Shown in pieces: positions 1 through 8,873 of a stretch of 62,425 nt of DNA. A model generated the notes under the pieces. That model was given only the letters and a program-made list of their open reading frames with translations. It was not told where the DNA came from and did not search any database. Within the stretch, counting starts at the first letter, position 1; each line of letters starts with the position of its first letter. A program made the translations under genes and the position numbers. The DNA is from a virus (taxonomy: Duplodnaviria > Caudoviricetes), in the IMG/VR virus record IMGVR_UViG_3300000208_000001, positions 1 through 62,425 of that record; one strand, given 5' to 3'.

Positions 1-58
1 CCAACCGTACCCATAGGCGCTGGCTTCTATCGGCTCCCGCCGCTCCCCCAAGTGGGGA
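1..58. repeat. Left copy of 58-bp terminal direct repeat
   Basis: 1-58 matches 62368-62425 at 56/58 positions (differences at repeat positions 39 and 50). Confidence 0.95.
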
Positions 59-123
59 GTATGCCTGCCGGGTTCATCGGGTTGCCCTCCGCCGGTTCCG
101 TTTTCAACGTCCCTTGCAACTCT

Positions 124-152
124 AGAATAACACCCATGGGGTTGTAGGTCAA
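124..152 (-). promoter_or_regulatory. SigA-type promoter likely driving the leftward operon across the genome junction
   Basis: Minus strand TTGACC-17 bp-TATTCT with extended -10 TG, in an AT-rich patch. Confidence 0.6.
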
Positions 153-736
153 TAGGGTTCGAGTGATCTTCTCGAAAAAATTGAGTTTCACGGCGGGGAG
201 CGCCGAACGCGCCCAAACCAGCATCGCAACGGCGTTAGGGCCAAATTGTCGTAATTGCGCGGGGTATTGGTTGTCACAATCGAGTTGGGTATAATGGCCC
301 ACGAGGGCCGTACACGCCCGCGGGCCGACGCCCGGCAGGGCCGCCAGGCGGGCAGAGCGGGCCGATCCGCTCCAGCCCTCCTCCGAGGCGCGGCTGGTGG
401 CACCTGGCCGCGACCACGGACGCCGGGCGACGGCCCGACGTGGACAGGACGCAGCACCCGCGCCCCGTGGACACACCTGCATACCGAGAGGCGGATCACG
501 CACAGCGCCGCGACCCCAGCGTCACTACGGAGACGCGAGGGAGCGCGGCGTTTTCGCGCGTGCGCTGCGACCGGAGGGCAGACGGCGCGACGCGAGCCGC
601 ACCGCCGACAGGAGCGCCAGCGCGAGCCCGGCGGACGCCATACACGCGCGGACGCCGGGCGACGGCACGCGCACGGGGCGGAGCGCCGGAGCCCCGCGCA
701 CGGACGCGGCGGACGAGTGACGCAGGCGACTCGGGA

Positions 737-1032
737 GAGACGGCGGCTCCATCGCTCGAACCGCGCGGGACGAGATACGGAGGAGACGGGCGCAGGAGAC
801 GCGCCCGGGGAGAGACGAGGACGCAGCGAGAGACGGGCGCGCGAGGGACGACCCTCTCGCGAGACAGGCGCAGGGCGAGACGACAGGTGACGGACCATCG
901 CGACGACGAGCGCCGACAGCGAGACGACGGCGAGGTCGACGACGAGACGGAGCGAGAGACGCACTCTCGCGAGACAGGCGGGAGTGACGAGGGACGAGAG
1001 ACGATGGCGAGACTAGCACGGCCGCCGGAGAC
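737..1032 (+). repeat. T-poor array of 14 co-oriented GAGAC motifs
   Basis: GAGAC at 737, 783, 796, 812, 830, 861, 877, 921, 944, 956, 971, 998, 1009, 1028; the 17-mer CTCTCGCGAGACAGGCG occurs twice. Confidence 0.85.
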
Positions 1033-1079
1033 AGGCGACCACAGAGAGAGGATTTGAGAGAGGAGAGGAGGGGACGCGC

Positions 1080-1541
1080 GTGGCGGGACAGGACACGCGA
1101 AAAAAACGGAGGTACATGCCGCGACCGCTAGTGCTCCCGGCCGACGAGGTGTCCTGGCGACCGACGGGCGATTGGCCCGACGAGGTGCGCGAGTATCTGA
1201 TCGCGTACGCTAGGACCGGCAGCAGGTCCGGCGCGTGCCGACTCATCGGGCGCGGGACGGACTGGGCGTATCGACTCGAGGAGCAGTACGGTGACCGGCT
1301 CACCGAGGCCGAAAACGCGGCGTACATGAGCATCGTCGAGCGCATCGAGCAGACACTCGCCCAGCGCGCCACGGAGGAGCCCGGCATGCCGGGCGTGACG
1401 AGTGCGATTTTCCTGTTAAAAGGCGCGCGGCCAGAGAAATACGCCGAGCGGCGCGAGCTGAAACACTCGGGCAACATCGCGGTGGACTGGGTGTCCATGA
1501 TGCGCGAGGGCGTCGAGGAGGAGCCGGAGGGCGGCTCCTAA
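1080..1541 (+). CDS. terS: Terminase small subunit (probable)
   Basis: HTH-like AYARTGSRSGACRLIG and C-terminal SAIFLLKGARPEKYAERRELKHSG typical of TerS; strong RBS; upstream of terL. Confidence 0.7.
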   Translation: MAGQDTRKKRRYMPRPLVLPADEVSWRPTGDWPDEVREYLIAYARTGSRSGACRLIGRGTDWAYRLEEQYGDRLTEAENAAYMSIVERIEQTLAQRATEEPGMPGVTSAIFLLKGARPEKYAERRELKHSGNIAVDWVSMMREGVEEEPEGGS

Positions 1542-1942
1542 TTCCGACTAGGGCAATAGTCGGTATTAGACGCCAGATTTCGAGGAGCGGACGCGACCGC
1601 GCCATGCCCACGGGGCGACGACTAGACACGGGCGCGAGGGACGCGCCGCTCCTCGATCTTTCGCCCGCTAGGCGCGATGACAGCGACGACCGGGGATAGA
1701 CGCGAGACCGGGACACCGGGGCGCAGGCTCGACGGCGGCAGGGTCGACCGAGGGGAGCGGGACCGGAGGGCGGTTCTTCTTCCGGCCTGCCTCAGAAATT
1801 CTGGCTTTTTCGGAGGCCCCGGCCCGCCCGAATAGTCCACCTCCCCTGCACGTATGACACACCTTAGCGCCGTGCCTCATCTTTTATGGTGAGCTGGCTC
1901 GTCATCGCCGACGCCTGCACACATACGACAAATTGCAAAAGG

Positions 1943-1967
1943 GCCTCTCCTTCGGGAGGGGCTTTTT
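1943..1967 (+). terminator. Intrinsic terminator
   Basis: GCCTCTCC-TTCG-GGAGGGGC followed by T5. Confidence 0.7.
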
Positions 1968-2017
1968 CTCGTCCTGACAACCGCTCAAGTTTCCCCGCGT
2001 TCGGCGCGCGGGGTTAT

Positions 2018-2056
2018 GGGCGACAGCTTTCTCCCTTGGGCTGTCGCCCTTTCTTT
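2018..2056 (+). terminator. Intrinsic terminator
   Basis: GGGCGACAGC/GCTGTCGCCC stem followed by TTTCTTT. Confidence 0.65.
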
Positions 2057-2098
2057 ATGCCGACAAGGGAGCGAGATCAAGCCAAGGGAGCGATTCGC

Positions 2099-3379
2099 AT
2101 GGAGTTCCACGAAGTTGCCAACGTGTTTCCTCCGATGGGCGAAGAGGAGTATCGCCAACTACTTTCCGATATCGAGAAGAACGGCCTGAGAGAACCCATC
2201 TGGACGTATCAGGGGAAGATTATCGACGGGCGGCATCGCTATAAAGCGTGCGTCGAGCTCGGCATCGAGCCGCGCTTTCGAGAGTGGGACGGAAACGGAT
2301 CGCTTGTGCAGTTTGTAGTGTCTCTCAACCTGCACCGAAGACATTTAACGAGCAGCCAGAAAGCGGTTGTGGCACTTGATATTGAGCGGTTGTTGGCCGA
2401 AGAAGCTAAGGAGCGACAACGTCGTGCGGCGGCAGAGACTAATGCAAAACTGGGGCGTGGTGAGACGCTTCCGCAAAAAATTGCGGGAGCGTCAAGAGGG
2501 GAAGCTAGGGTTCAAGCGGCGGCTATCGTCGGGACCAATCGGCAGTACGTCTCTGACGCGAAACGCATTGCCAAGGAAGCCCCCGAAGTGCTTGAAAGGG
2601 TGCGCGAAGGGCGACTTTGCTTGCCCGAGGCGAAGGCCGTGGCCCGGTTGCCAGAGGAAGACCGTGCGACCGTTTTGCGGAAGATCGAGTCGGGGGAAGC
2701 CAAGACAGTCAAAGAAGCCAAGCGCGCCTTGGCGGCCGAGAAGAAGGCGATCGTGCCGCTGGCGCCAATGTCCGCTACCAACTACCGTTTGATACACGGT
2801 GACTTGGCTCAGGTTCACGCGGAGATTCCGGATAACAGCGTGGATGTGATCATTACCGACCCGCCGTATCTTGAAGAGTGCCTGCATACATATGAGACGC
2901 TGGCAAAGGTAGCCGCCAGGGTGTTGAAACCTGGCGGTTCTTGTTTGGCGATGGTTGGGCATCAGTGGTTGCCGCAGGTGCTGGAACTTATGCGCCCGCA
3001 CCTCGAGTACCACTGGACGCTGGCTTACGTCCAGCCTGGGGCCACGGCCCGGATCTGGAGCAAGAAAATCATCGTGGGCTGGAAACCCGTGCTCTGGTTC
3101 ACCAAGGGCCGATACGATGGTGATTTTGCATACGATGTAGTGAGGTCCGAAGACAGAGACAAGGAGTACCATGAATGGGGCCAGTCCGAGAGTGGCTTTG
3201 CCACGCTCGTTGAGCGTTTCAGCTATCCTGGCGACACCATTCTGGATCCGTTTCTTGGCGGCGGGACAACGGGCGTGGTCGCGTTGCGTTTGGGGCGGCG
3301 CTTCGTTGGCATCGACATTGACGCCACAGCCATTGAAACAACACGACGGCGGTTGGCCGAGATCCAAGGTGTTGCATAA
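2099..3379 (+). CDS. ParB/Srx N-terminal domain fused to an N6-A/N4-C DNA methyltransferase
   Basis: IEKNGLREPI...IIDGRHRY (ParB-like); ITDPPY and LDPFLGGGTT motifs; ATG 2099 with RBS. Confidence 0.85.
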   Translation: MEFHEVANVFPPMGEEEYRQLLSDIEKNGLREPIWTYQGKIIDGRHRYKACVELGIEPRFREWDGNGSLVQFVVSLNLHRRHLTSSQKAVVALDIERLLAEEAKERQRRAAAETNAKLGRGETLPQKIAGASRGEARVQAAAIVGTNRQYVSDAKRIAKEAPEVLERVREGRLCLPEAKAVARLPEEDRATVLRKIESGEAKTVKEAKRALAAEKKAIVPLAPMSATNYRLIHGDLAQVHAEIPDNSVDVIITDPPYLEECLHTYETLAKVAARVLKPGGSCLAMVGHQWLPQVLELMRPHLEYHWTLAYVQPGATARIWSKKIIVGWKPVLWFTKGRYDGDFAYDVVRSEDRDKEYHEWGQSESGFATLVERFSYPGDTILDPFLGGGTTGVVALRLGRRFVGIDIDATAIETTRRRLAEIQGVA

Positions 3380-3960
3380 TGGGTTGGGAACAGCGCCGCG
3401 GCGGCCATGATGCCGTCATGGAAGAATTCGACGCGTGGCTGGCGATGATGGGCTTCCTGGTCTTTGATGGCGGCATAGAAGTCAAACCCGAGCTGGCCGA
3501 ACTTCTGCGAACTCGTTATGACCCCACTTCGCGTATGTTACGCTATCGGCCGGACAGGATCCTGGTGGACGAAGCGGCAGGCAGCTTGTTACTTGAGTAC
3601 AAAACGGAGTCGGGGCGCTATCCCAACTTTGCCATAGAGATTGACTCGTATGCTGCGGCTTGTCAGTGGGCACGAGCAGGGGCGGCGGTGTTCTATATCT
3701 TCCATGCGCCTGGCGTTGTGCGCGCTTGCTGGAGCAACGAGATTCAGTTCGACACCATTTTCGTGCCCGACCGCTGGAGCGAAGATGTTGTGGACAGGAT
3801 GGCGAGGGAGTGGCCCGACAAGAACATCAAGCGTTCAAGATGGGGTGCCGGTGCCAGCGGCACCCCTTACTTCTTGGTGCCGAAAGAGGCACCATATCTC
3901 AAGCCATTACAAGGCTTCATTGAGCACGAAGTCCGTTCCTGCTGTTCGATGGTAGGTTGA
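3379..3960 (+). CDS. Putative PD-(D/E)xK nuclease
   Basis: RPDRILV...LLEYK motif; start overlaps the MTase stop. Confidence 0.5.
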   Translation: MGWEQRRGGHDAVMEEFDAWLAMMGFLVFDGGIEVKPELAELLRTRYDPTSRMLRYRPDRILVDEAAGSLLLEYKTESGRYPNFAIEIDSYAAACQWARAGAAVFYIFHAPGVVRACWSNEIQFDTIFVPDRWSEDVVDRMAREWPDKNIKRSRWGAGASGTPYFLVPKEAPYLKPLQGFIEHEVRSCCSMVG

Positions 3961-3986
3961 AAGCCGTCCCCACGGGCGGCTTTTTC
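3961..3986 (+). terminator. Intrinsic terminator
   Basis: AAGCCGTCC-CCAC-GGGCGGCTT followed by a T-run. Confidence 0.6.
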
Positions 3987-4001
3987 GCGTGAGGTGGTAC
4001 G

Positions 4002-4799
4002 ATGCCGACCTGGACGCTCTATGAGGGCGACTGCATCGAAGTGATGAAGGGTTTGCCCCAGGATAGTGTCGATGCGGTTGTTACGTCGCCGCCTTACGCG
4101 ATGCAACGGGTGAAGCTATACGGCGGCATTCCAGAAAGCGATTACCCCGCGTGGACAGTCGCATGGATGGAACAAGTGCGCCGCATTTTGAAGCCGCATG
4201 GGAGCGTGCTCATCAACATTCGGGAGCACATTCGCAACGGCGAGATGTCGGACTACGTGCACCGGACCCGTTTGGCGCTGCGTGAGGCGGGGTGGATCGA
4301 ATGCGATGAGTTGATTTGGGTGAAGCCTGACGCGCCTCCTGTTGGACACCCTGGCCGTCCACGCCGCTCGTGGGAACGCATTTTGTGGTTTGCGAAGGAA
4401 AGACGACCCTGGTGCGACCCTAAAGCAAATGGCATACCTTCAAAGTGGATCGGCGCGAATACCAGGAGCAAAGCGTGGCTCAAGTGGCTCAGTGGAAATG
4501 CCGAGTATTCGGAGGGTATCGCCCGATGCCGGGACTTGGTTTCTCTTCCAGTATGCGAAACTGACTCCCGCGGCCATCCCGCGGCATACCCTCGTGACTT
4601 GGCCGCTTGGATGATCCGCCTCGTGACGCCACCCGGAGGCACAGTCCTCGACCCCTTCGCAGGCTCCGGCACAACCCTCCTGGCAGCGATCCAGGAGGGT
4701 TTTTCGTGTATCGGGATCGAGCGTGAGCCGGAGTATTGCGAGATCATCCGTCGCCGGATGGCGGAGGTTCAACCCGCCCTGCCGTTGGAGGTGTCATAG
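4002..4799 (+). CDS. Beta-class DNA methyltransferase (N4-C/N6-A)
   Basis: GDCIEVM, VTSPPY, HPAAYP and VLDPFAGSGTT motifs. Confidence 0.9.
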   Translation: MPTWTLYEGDCIEVMKGLPQDSVDAVVTSPPYAMQRVKLYGGIPESDYPAWTVAWMEQVRRILKPHGSVLINIREHIRNGEMSDYVHRTRLALREAGWIECDELIWVKPDAPPVGHPGRPRRSWERILWFAKERRPWCDPKANGIPSKWIGANTRSKAWLKWLSGNAEYSEGIARCRDLVSLPVCETDSRGHPAAYPRDLAAWMIRLVTPPGGTVLDPFAGSGTTLLAAIQEGFSCIGIEREPEYCEIIRRRMAEVQPALPLEVS

Positions 4800-5072
4800 G
4801 TGGCAAAGCCGCGCGCCAACACGGAACAGCAAGTGGGCTCAACCCTCTCCTGCACCCGCGCCGCGCTCCCGTGCGGCCGCACGATCACCGTCACCCCGCG
4901 CCGTCCGGGCGCGTTTCAGCTTTACCGTCCGCTCGGGGAAGAGTGCGAGGGCTGCACCGTCGAGCTTGAACGCTGGCACGGTGCCCCCTTTCGACCGGAG
5001 TATACGAAAGAGTGGCCCACGGGCGCGCATGTGGGGCCAATTTGTAGACCGTGGGCATACAAGGAGGCGTGA
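4800..5072 (+). CDS. Hypothetical Cys-rich protein
   Basis: Abuts the previous stop and fills the operon gap; CxxC present. Confidence 0.5.
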   Translation: MAKPRANTEQQVGSTLSCTRAALPCGRTITVTPRRPGAFQLYRPLGEECEGCTVELERWHGAPFRPEYTKEWPTGAHVGPICRPWAYKEA

Positions 5073-5075
5073 TGC

Positions 5076-5633
5076 ATGATCCAAGACGTAATCGACGATA
5101 AAGTAACGAGAGCTAAGGCGATATTACGAACCGCACAAGAGAACCCGGCATGGTGGTGTGAAAAGGCGCTTGGCGTGACGCCAACTGATTTCGAACGTTT
5201 CTGCCTGGATAGTTGGAAGTCGGCCAAATCCCTGTCCTTTCGGCAGACAATCCCGCTCGGAGAAAGGCAAAGGGCCGCTGCTTTGATGCTTATGGCGTTC
5301 TTGCACCTTTGGCAAGACGCATTGGTAATCACGCTGGCTCCCAACAAGAGATTGCTAGGGACCGGACTTTGGCCGGAGGTGGAATCTCTTTACCGCGGCC
5401 AGAGGATCAACCTCGGTTCGATCATGGGGCCATACGAAGTAAGGTGTGGGCCAACCTGGTTTGCTAGGGGATTCGGCGGGGATAATCCGGCCCTACTCCA
5501 AGGATTCGTCCCGTCCGGTGACCATGTGTTGGTGATCGTCGAAAACGCAGCAAACGTTGATGCGAGGTCACTCGAACTCATGCGGGCCTTGACGGCGATT
5601 TCTCCGCATGGCTACTTCGTCGAAGTGTCCTGA
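5076..5633 (+). CDS. Degenerate paralogue of the terminase large-subunit ATPase domain
   Basis: Collinear similarity to the spliced TerL N-domain (ENPAWWCEKALGV vs ANPDKWLENAFGV; GPTWFARGFGGDNPALLQG vs GPGWYALGFATDDPGTIQG; LVIVENAA vs LIIVDESA); Walker A absent. Confidence 0.75.
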   Translation: MIQDVIDDKVTRAKAILRTAQENPAWWCEKALGVTPTDFERFCLDSWKSAKSLSFRQTIPLGERQRAAALMLMAFLHLWQDALVITLAPNKRLLGTGLWPEVESLYRGQRINLGSIMGPYEVRCGPTWFARGFGGDNPALLQGFVPSGDHVLVIVENAANVDARSLELMRALTAISPHGYFVEVS

Positions 5634-5652
5634 AGGGCAAGGAGGCTAAGAT

Positions 5653-6051
5653 TTGAACCGCATTTGTCTCATCGGTCGCCTTGTGGCCGATCCACAGTTG
5701 AGGTATTCGAGTTCCGGGACCGCTGTAACCACCTTCCGCATCGCAGTCGACCGCCCCTTCACCGCCAAGAATGGGGAGAAGGAGGCCGACTTCATCGACT
5801 GCATCGCATTCCGTAAGCTCGGAGAAGTCGTCGCCAACAACCTCGCCAAAGGCCGGCTCGTTGGCGTTGACGGGCGGCTCCAGATACGCGAGTACGAGCA
5901 CCAGGGGCAACGTCGGCGCGTCGCGGAGGTCGTCGCCGATACGGTGCAGTTCCTCGACAGGTCGAAGGAAGAGTCGTCGCCTTCTGGGCGAGGAACGAGG
6001 CGGCAGCAGGATGACGACGATGGGTTCAAACCCGACGACGTACCGTTCTAG
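5653..6051 (+). CDS. ssb: Single-stranded DNA-binding protein
   Basis: MNRICLIGRLVADPQLRY, EADFIDC, acidic C-terminal DDVPF. Confidence 0.95.
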   Translation: MNRICLIGRLVADPQLRYSSSGTAVTTFRIAVDRPFTAKNGEKEADFIDCIAFRKLGEVVANNLAKGRLVGVDGRLQIREYEHQGQRRRVAEVVADTVQFLDRSKEESSPSGRGTRRQQDDDDGFKPDDVPF

Positions 6052-6056
6052 CGCAC

Positions 6057-6084
6057 AGGGCCTCGCCTTCGGGCGGGGCCTTTT
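6057..6084 (+). terminator. Intrinsic terminator
   Basis: GGCCTCGCC-TTCG-GGCGGGGCC followed by TTTT. Confidence 0.65.
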
Positions 6085-6109
6085 CGCGCCCTAAGGAAGG
6101 AGGTGCCGC

Positions 6110-8719
6110 ATGCCAAGCGTCAAGCTCGACAAGCCCATCCCGATCAACCCGGCTAAGAACATCGGCAGGCCGCCGAAGCCTTCTACGATCATCCGCTATT
6201 ACCAGGCGAACCCCGACAAGTGGCTGGAGAACGCCTTCGGCGTGCAGCTTTGGGAGAAACAGCGCGAGATTCTGCACGACGTATGGAACAACCGTTACGT
6301 GGCGGTGCGGTCATGCTATGCAAGCGGGAAATGCCTAGCCGAAGACGAACTGGTCATGCTGTTGGACGGAACCATGGTCGAGGCTCGCGATCTGGTTGGC
6401 AGGCAATTCGACGTTTTAGCTTTCGACGAGAGGACCAAATCTCTGGTGCCGGCGAGAGCGTTTGCCACGGACAATGGTCACGAGGACGTGTGGAGGGTAA
6501 CGACGGCAAGCGGTCGTTCCGTAGTTAGAACGGGCAACCACCCGTTCTACGCAGTTCCTTATCGCAAGAACTCATATATCAGCGGAACTCGAAGTGAACC
6601 CTGCGGCGAACCTGTTTGGGTGAAGGTCAACGATTTGAAAAAGAACCACGCGATTCTGGCTCCCAAATCTCTTCCGGTTCTTGCCGTGGACCGGCAACCC
6701 GAAGATCACGTCAAGTTGGCTGCTTATCTTCTCGGCGACGGCGGTTTGACCACACCAACCATGACGTTTACACAGATGCCAGGGCCCGTCCTGGATGAGT
6801 TCTTGGAGATCGTCAAACGTTTGGGTTGTGAGACCATCCCCGTCACAAGCAATGAGCTGGGGCTGCGCATCGCGGGACGGAAAAAGGAGAATGGGGAACG
6901 ATACGCAGCACAGCATCATACGAACTGGATCTTGAATCTGGCACGCGAATGGGGCATTTGGGGGAAACGAGCCAACGAGAAGCGGTTCCCGTCTTGGGTT
7001 TGGAGACTGCCAGACGACCAAATGGCGTTGTTTTTGAATCGGTTGTTCGCCTGCGACGGATGGGCGTATGCGAGAGAAAGAGACCTCTCTAGGCCCAAGA
7101 CAGGCCACTTCACACAGATTGGGATCGCTTTGGCGTCGAAGGGAATGATCCAAGACATTGCTTGGGCGATGTGGCGGCTAGGCATTTGGGGTGTTGTTCG
7201 GCATCGCAAAGTGGCTGGCAAGTACGATGCTTGGGAGTGGTCCTGCAATCGGGCGGAGGACATCGTACGTTTCGCGGAGGTTGTTAGCATCTTCGGCAAG
7301 GAGCAAGCTCTTGAACACTGTGTTTGCGCTGCGACAAAGAAGAAGCAGAGAACCCGGTGGCTCGATCATCACGCTCCTGATGGCTTCGTTTGGGACCCGG
7401 TTAAGAAGGTCGAATTTGTAGGCAAGCGCCGGACTGTGTGCATCACGGTGCCGGGTTACGAAACGTTTGTGACCATGTTGGTTGAACACAACAGTTTCCT
7501 CGCTGCAAGCGCGGCGATGGCGTGGTCGCACCTCTTCAAAGACAGCATCGTTCTGACGACGGCCCGCTCGTTCCGGCAGGTTCGGGCCAACGTCTGGCAG
7601 GTGATCCATCAGCTCAAAGAACAGGCGCGCATCCCATTGGGTTCGGAGTTCTTGCAAACAGAGATTCGTCTTGGACCGGGATGGTACGCTCTTGGCTTTG
7701 CGACGGACGACCCTGGCACGATCCAGGGTATTCACGCGAAGTCGGGCCGTATCCTCATCATCGTGGACGAGTCGGCTGAGGTGGACGCCGCGATTCACGA
7801 ACGCCTGCTTGCGCTCATGACATCGGAGCACGCCCACATCCTGCATATCGGGAACCCCCTGGAGGTCGGCACCGTCTTCCACAGCTACTTCTCCGACCCC
7901 AAGTACGTGACGCATCGGATCAGCGCGTTCGATACGCCGAACGTCAAAGAGGGCCGGGAAGTCATCCCTGGTCTCGTCTCCAAGCAGTGGGTGGAGGAAC
8001 GCCGCCAGGAATGGGGCGAGGACAGCCCGCTTTGGTACTCGCAGGTGTTGGGCGAGTTCCCGCCGACCGGGAACGACACGCTCATTCCGCTCTCTTGGGT
8101 GCGGGCGGCGCAGGAGCGGTGGCATGACATGGCTCCAAGTGGCCGGGAAGTGGCGGGCGTGGACATTTCGAGGTACGGAAACGCCGAGAGTGTTTGCTGC
8201 ATCATTTCGGGCCGCTTCGTGCATCCGCTCAAAACATGGTCGCAGGCGTCCACGTCGGAGTCTGTCGGTTACATCCGCACCTACGCCGCGGGAGCGAAGA
8301 TCATCCGCATTGACGACATTGGCGTAGGCGGAGGCGTGGTGGACCAGGCGCGCCAGGAAGGCTTGCCGGTGGTCGGCGTCAACGTTCAGGTGAAGTCGTC
8401 GAAGCCCGATAAGTTCTTCAACCTGCGGTCGGAGCTGTACTGGAACCTGCGGGAGTTGCTAAACCCCGAGAATCCGAATGCGCTGGCGCTGCCGCCGGAC
8501 GATAAGTTGGCGGCGCAGTTGAGTTCGATCCGGTACAAAATTATCGACAGCGGCGGTCGCATCCAGGTTGAATCCAAGGATCAAATGAGGAGCCGCGGTT
8601 TGAAAAGTCCCGACCGCGCGGATGCCTTGTGTCTTGCGGCGGCAGGGACGATAGCAGGAGGTTTGACAGTCGCGCCGGTGATGATTGGTGTCGGGAGTTC
8701 CTATTGGAGCCAACTTTGA
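6110..8719 (+). CDS. terL: Terminase large subunit containing an intein
   Basis: Walker A SCYASGK/S, Walker B IIVDES, GNP coupling motif, nuclease domain AGVDIS...SPDRADA. Confidence 0.95.
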   Translation: MPSVKLDKPIPINPAKNIGRPPKPSTIIRYYQANPDKWLENAFGVQLWEKQREILHDVWNNRYVAVRSCYASGKCLAEDELVMLLDGTMVEARDLVGRQFDVLAFDERTKSLVPARAFATDNGHEDVWRVTTASGRSVVRTGNHPFYAVPYRKNSYISGTRSEPCGEPVWVKVNDLKKNHAILAPKSLPVLAVDRQPEDHVKLAAYLLGDGGLTTPTMTFTQMPGPVLDEFLEIVKRLGCETIPVTSNELGLRIAGRKKENGERYAAQHHTNWILNLAREWGIWGKRANEKRFPSWVWRLPDDQMALFLNRLFACDGWAYARERDLSRPKTGHFTQIGIALASKGMIQDIAWAMWRLGIWGVVRHRKVAGKYDAWEWSCNRAEDIVRFAEVVSIFGKEQALEHCVCAATKKKQRTRWLDHHAPDGFVWDPVKKVEFVGKRRTVCITVPGYETFVTMLVEHNSFLAASAAMAWSHLFKDSIVLTTARSFRQVRANVWQVIHQLKEQARIPLGSEFLQTEIRLGPGWYALGFATDDPGTIQGIHAKSGRILIIVDESAEVDAAIHERLLALMTSEHAHILHIGNPLEVGTVFHSYFSDPKYVTHRISAFDTPNVKEGREVIPGLVSKQWVEERRQEWGEDSPLWYSQVLGEFPPTGNDTLIPLSWVRAAQERWHDMAPSGREVAGVDISRYGNAESVCCIISGRFVHPLKTWSQASTSESVGYIRTYAAGAKIIRIDDIGVGGGVVDQARQEGLPVVGVNVQVKSSKPDKFFNLRSELYWNLRELLNPENPNALALPPDDKLAAQLSSIRYKIIDSGGRIQVESKDQMRSRGLKSPDRADALCLAAAGTIAGGLTVAPVMIGVGSSYWSQL
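6332..7492 (+). mobile_element. 387-aa intein with LAGLIDADG homing endonuclease
   Basis: Begins CLAEDELV, block B TGNHPF, LAGLIDADG-like AYLLGDG and NRLFACDG, ends VEHN/S. Confidence 0.92.
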
Positions 8720-8766
8720 CCTCGAATTGTGTAAAATTGTGCAGGGTATAGGTTAATGCGAACGGA

Positions 8767-8777
8767 TGTGCTATAAT
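8767..8777 (+). promoter_or_regulatory. Extended -10 promoter upstream of portal
   Basis: TGTG-C-TATAAT in an AT-rich intergenic region. Confidence 0.55.
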
Positions 8778-8811
8778 TGCCGTGAAGACGTACGTCCAGT
8801 ACGAAACGGAA

Positions 8812-8851
8812 CGGAACGTTCGGGCATCACCGAACGTTCCGCTTTTCTTTT
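8812..8851 (+). terminator. Terminator or attenuator hairpin before portal
   Basis: 12-bp stem CGGAACGTTCGG/CCGAACGTTCCG followed by CTTTTCTTTT. Confidence 0.65.
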
Positions 8852-8873
8852 GCCCGGGAGGAGGGGCGATTCC

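Noticed and set aside
1-58. Terminal repeats as attL/attR
   Set aside because: They are far from the serine integrase, no host genes flank them, and serine integrases do not leave 58-bp cores.
188-1057. Long Arg-rich ORFs on both strands
   Set aside because: Low-complexity shadows of a T-poor repeat tract; no RBS or domain motifs.
8812-8841. GAACGTTC hairpin as a second origin or LexA box
   Set aside because: It resembles the iteron palindrome only over 8-9 bp, lacks the N4 spacing, and is followed by a T-run, so a terminator is the simpler reading.
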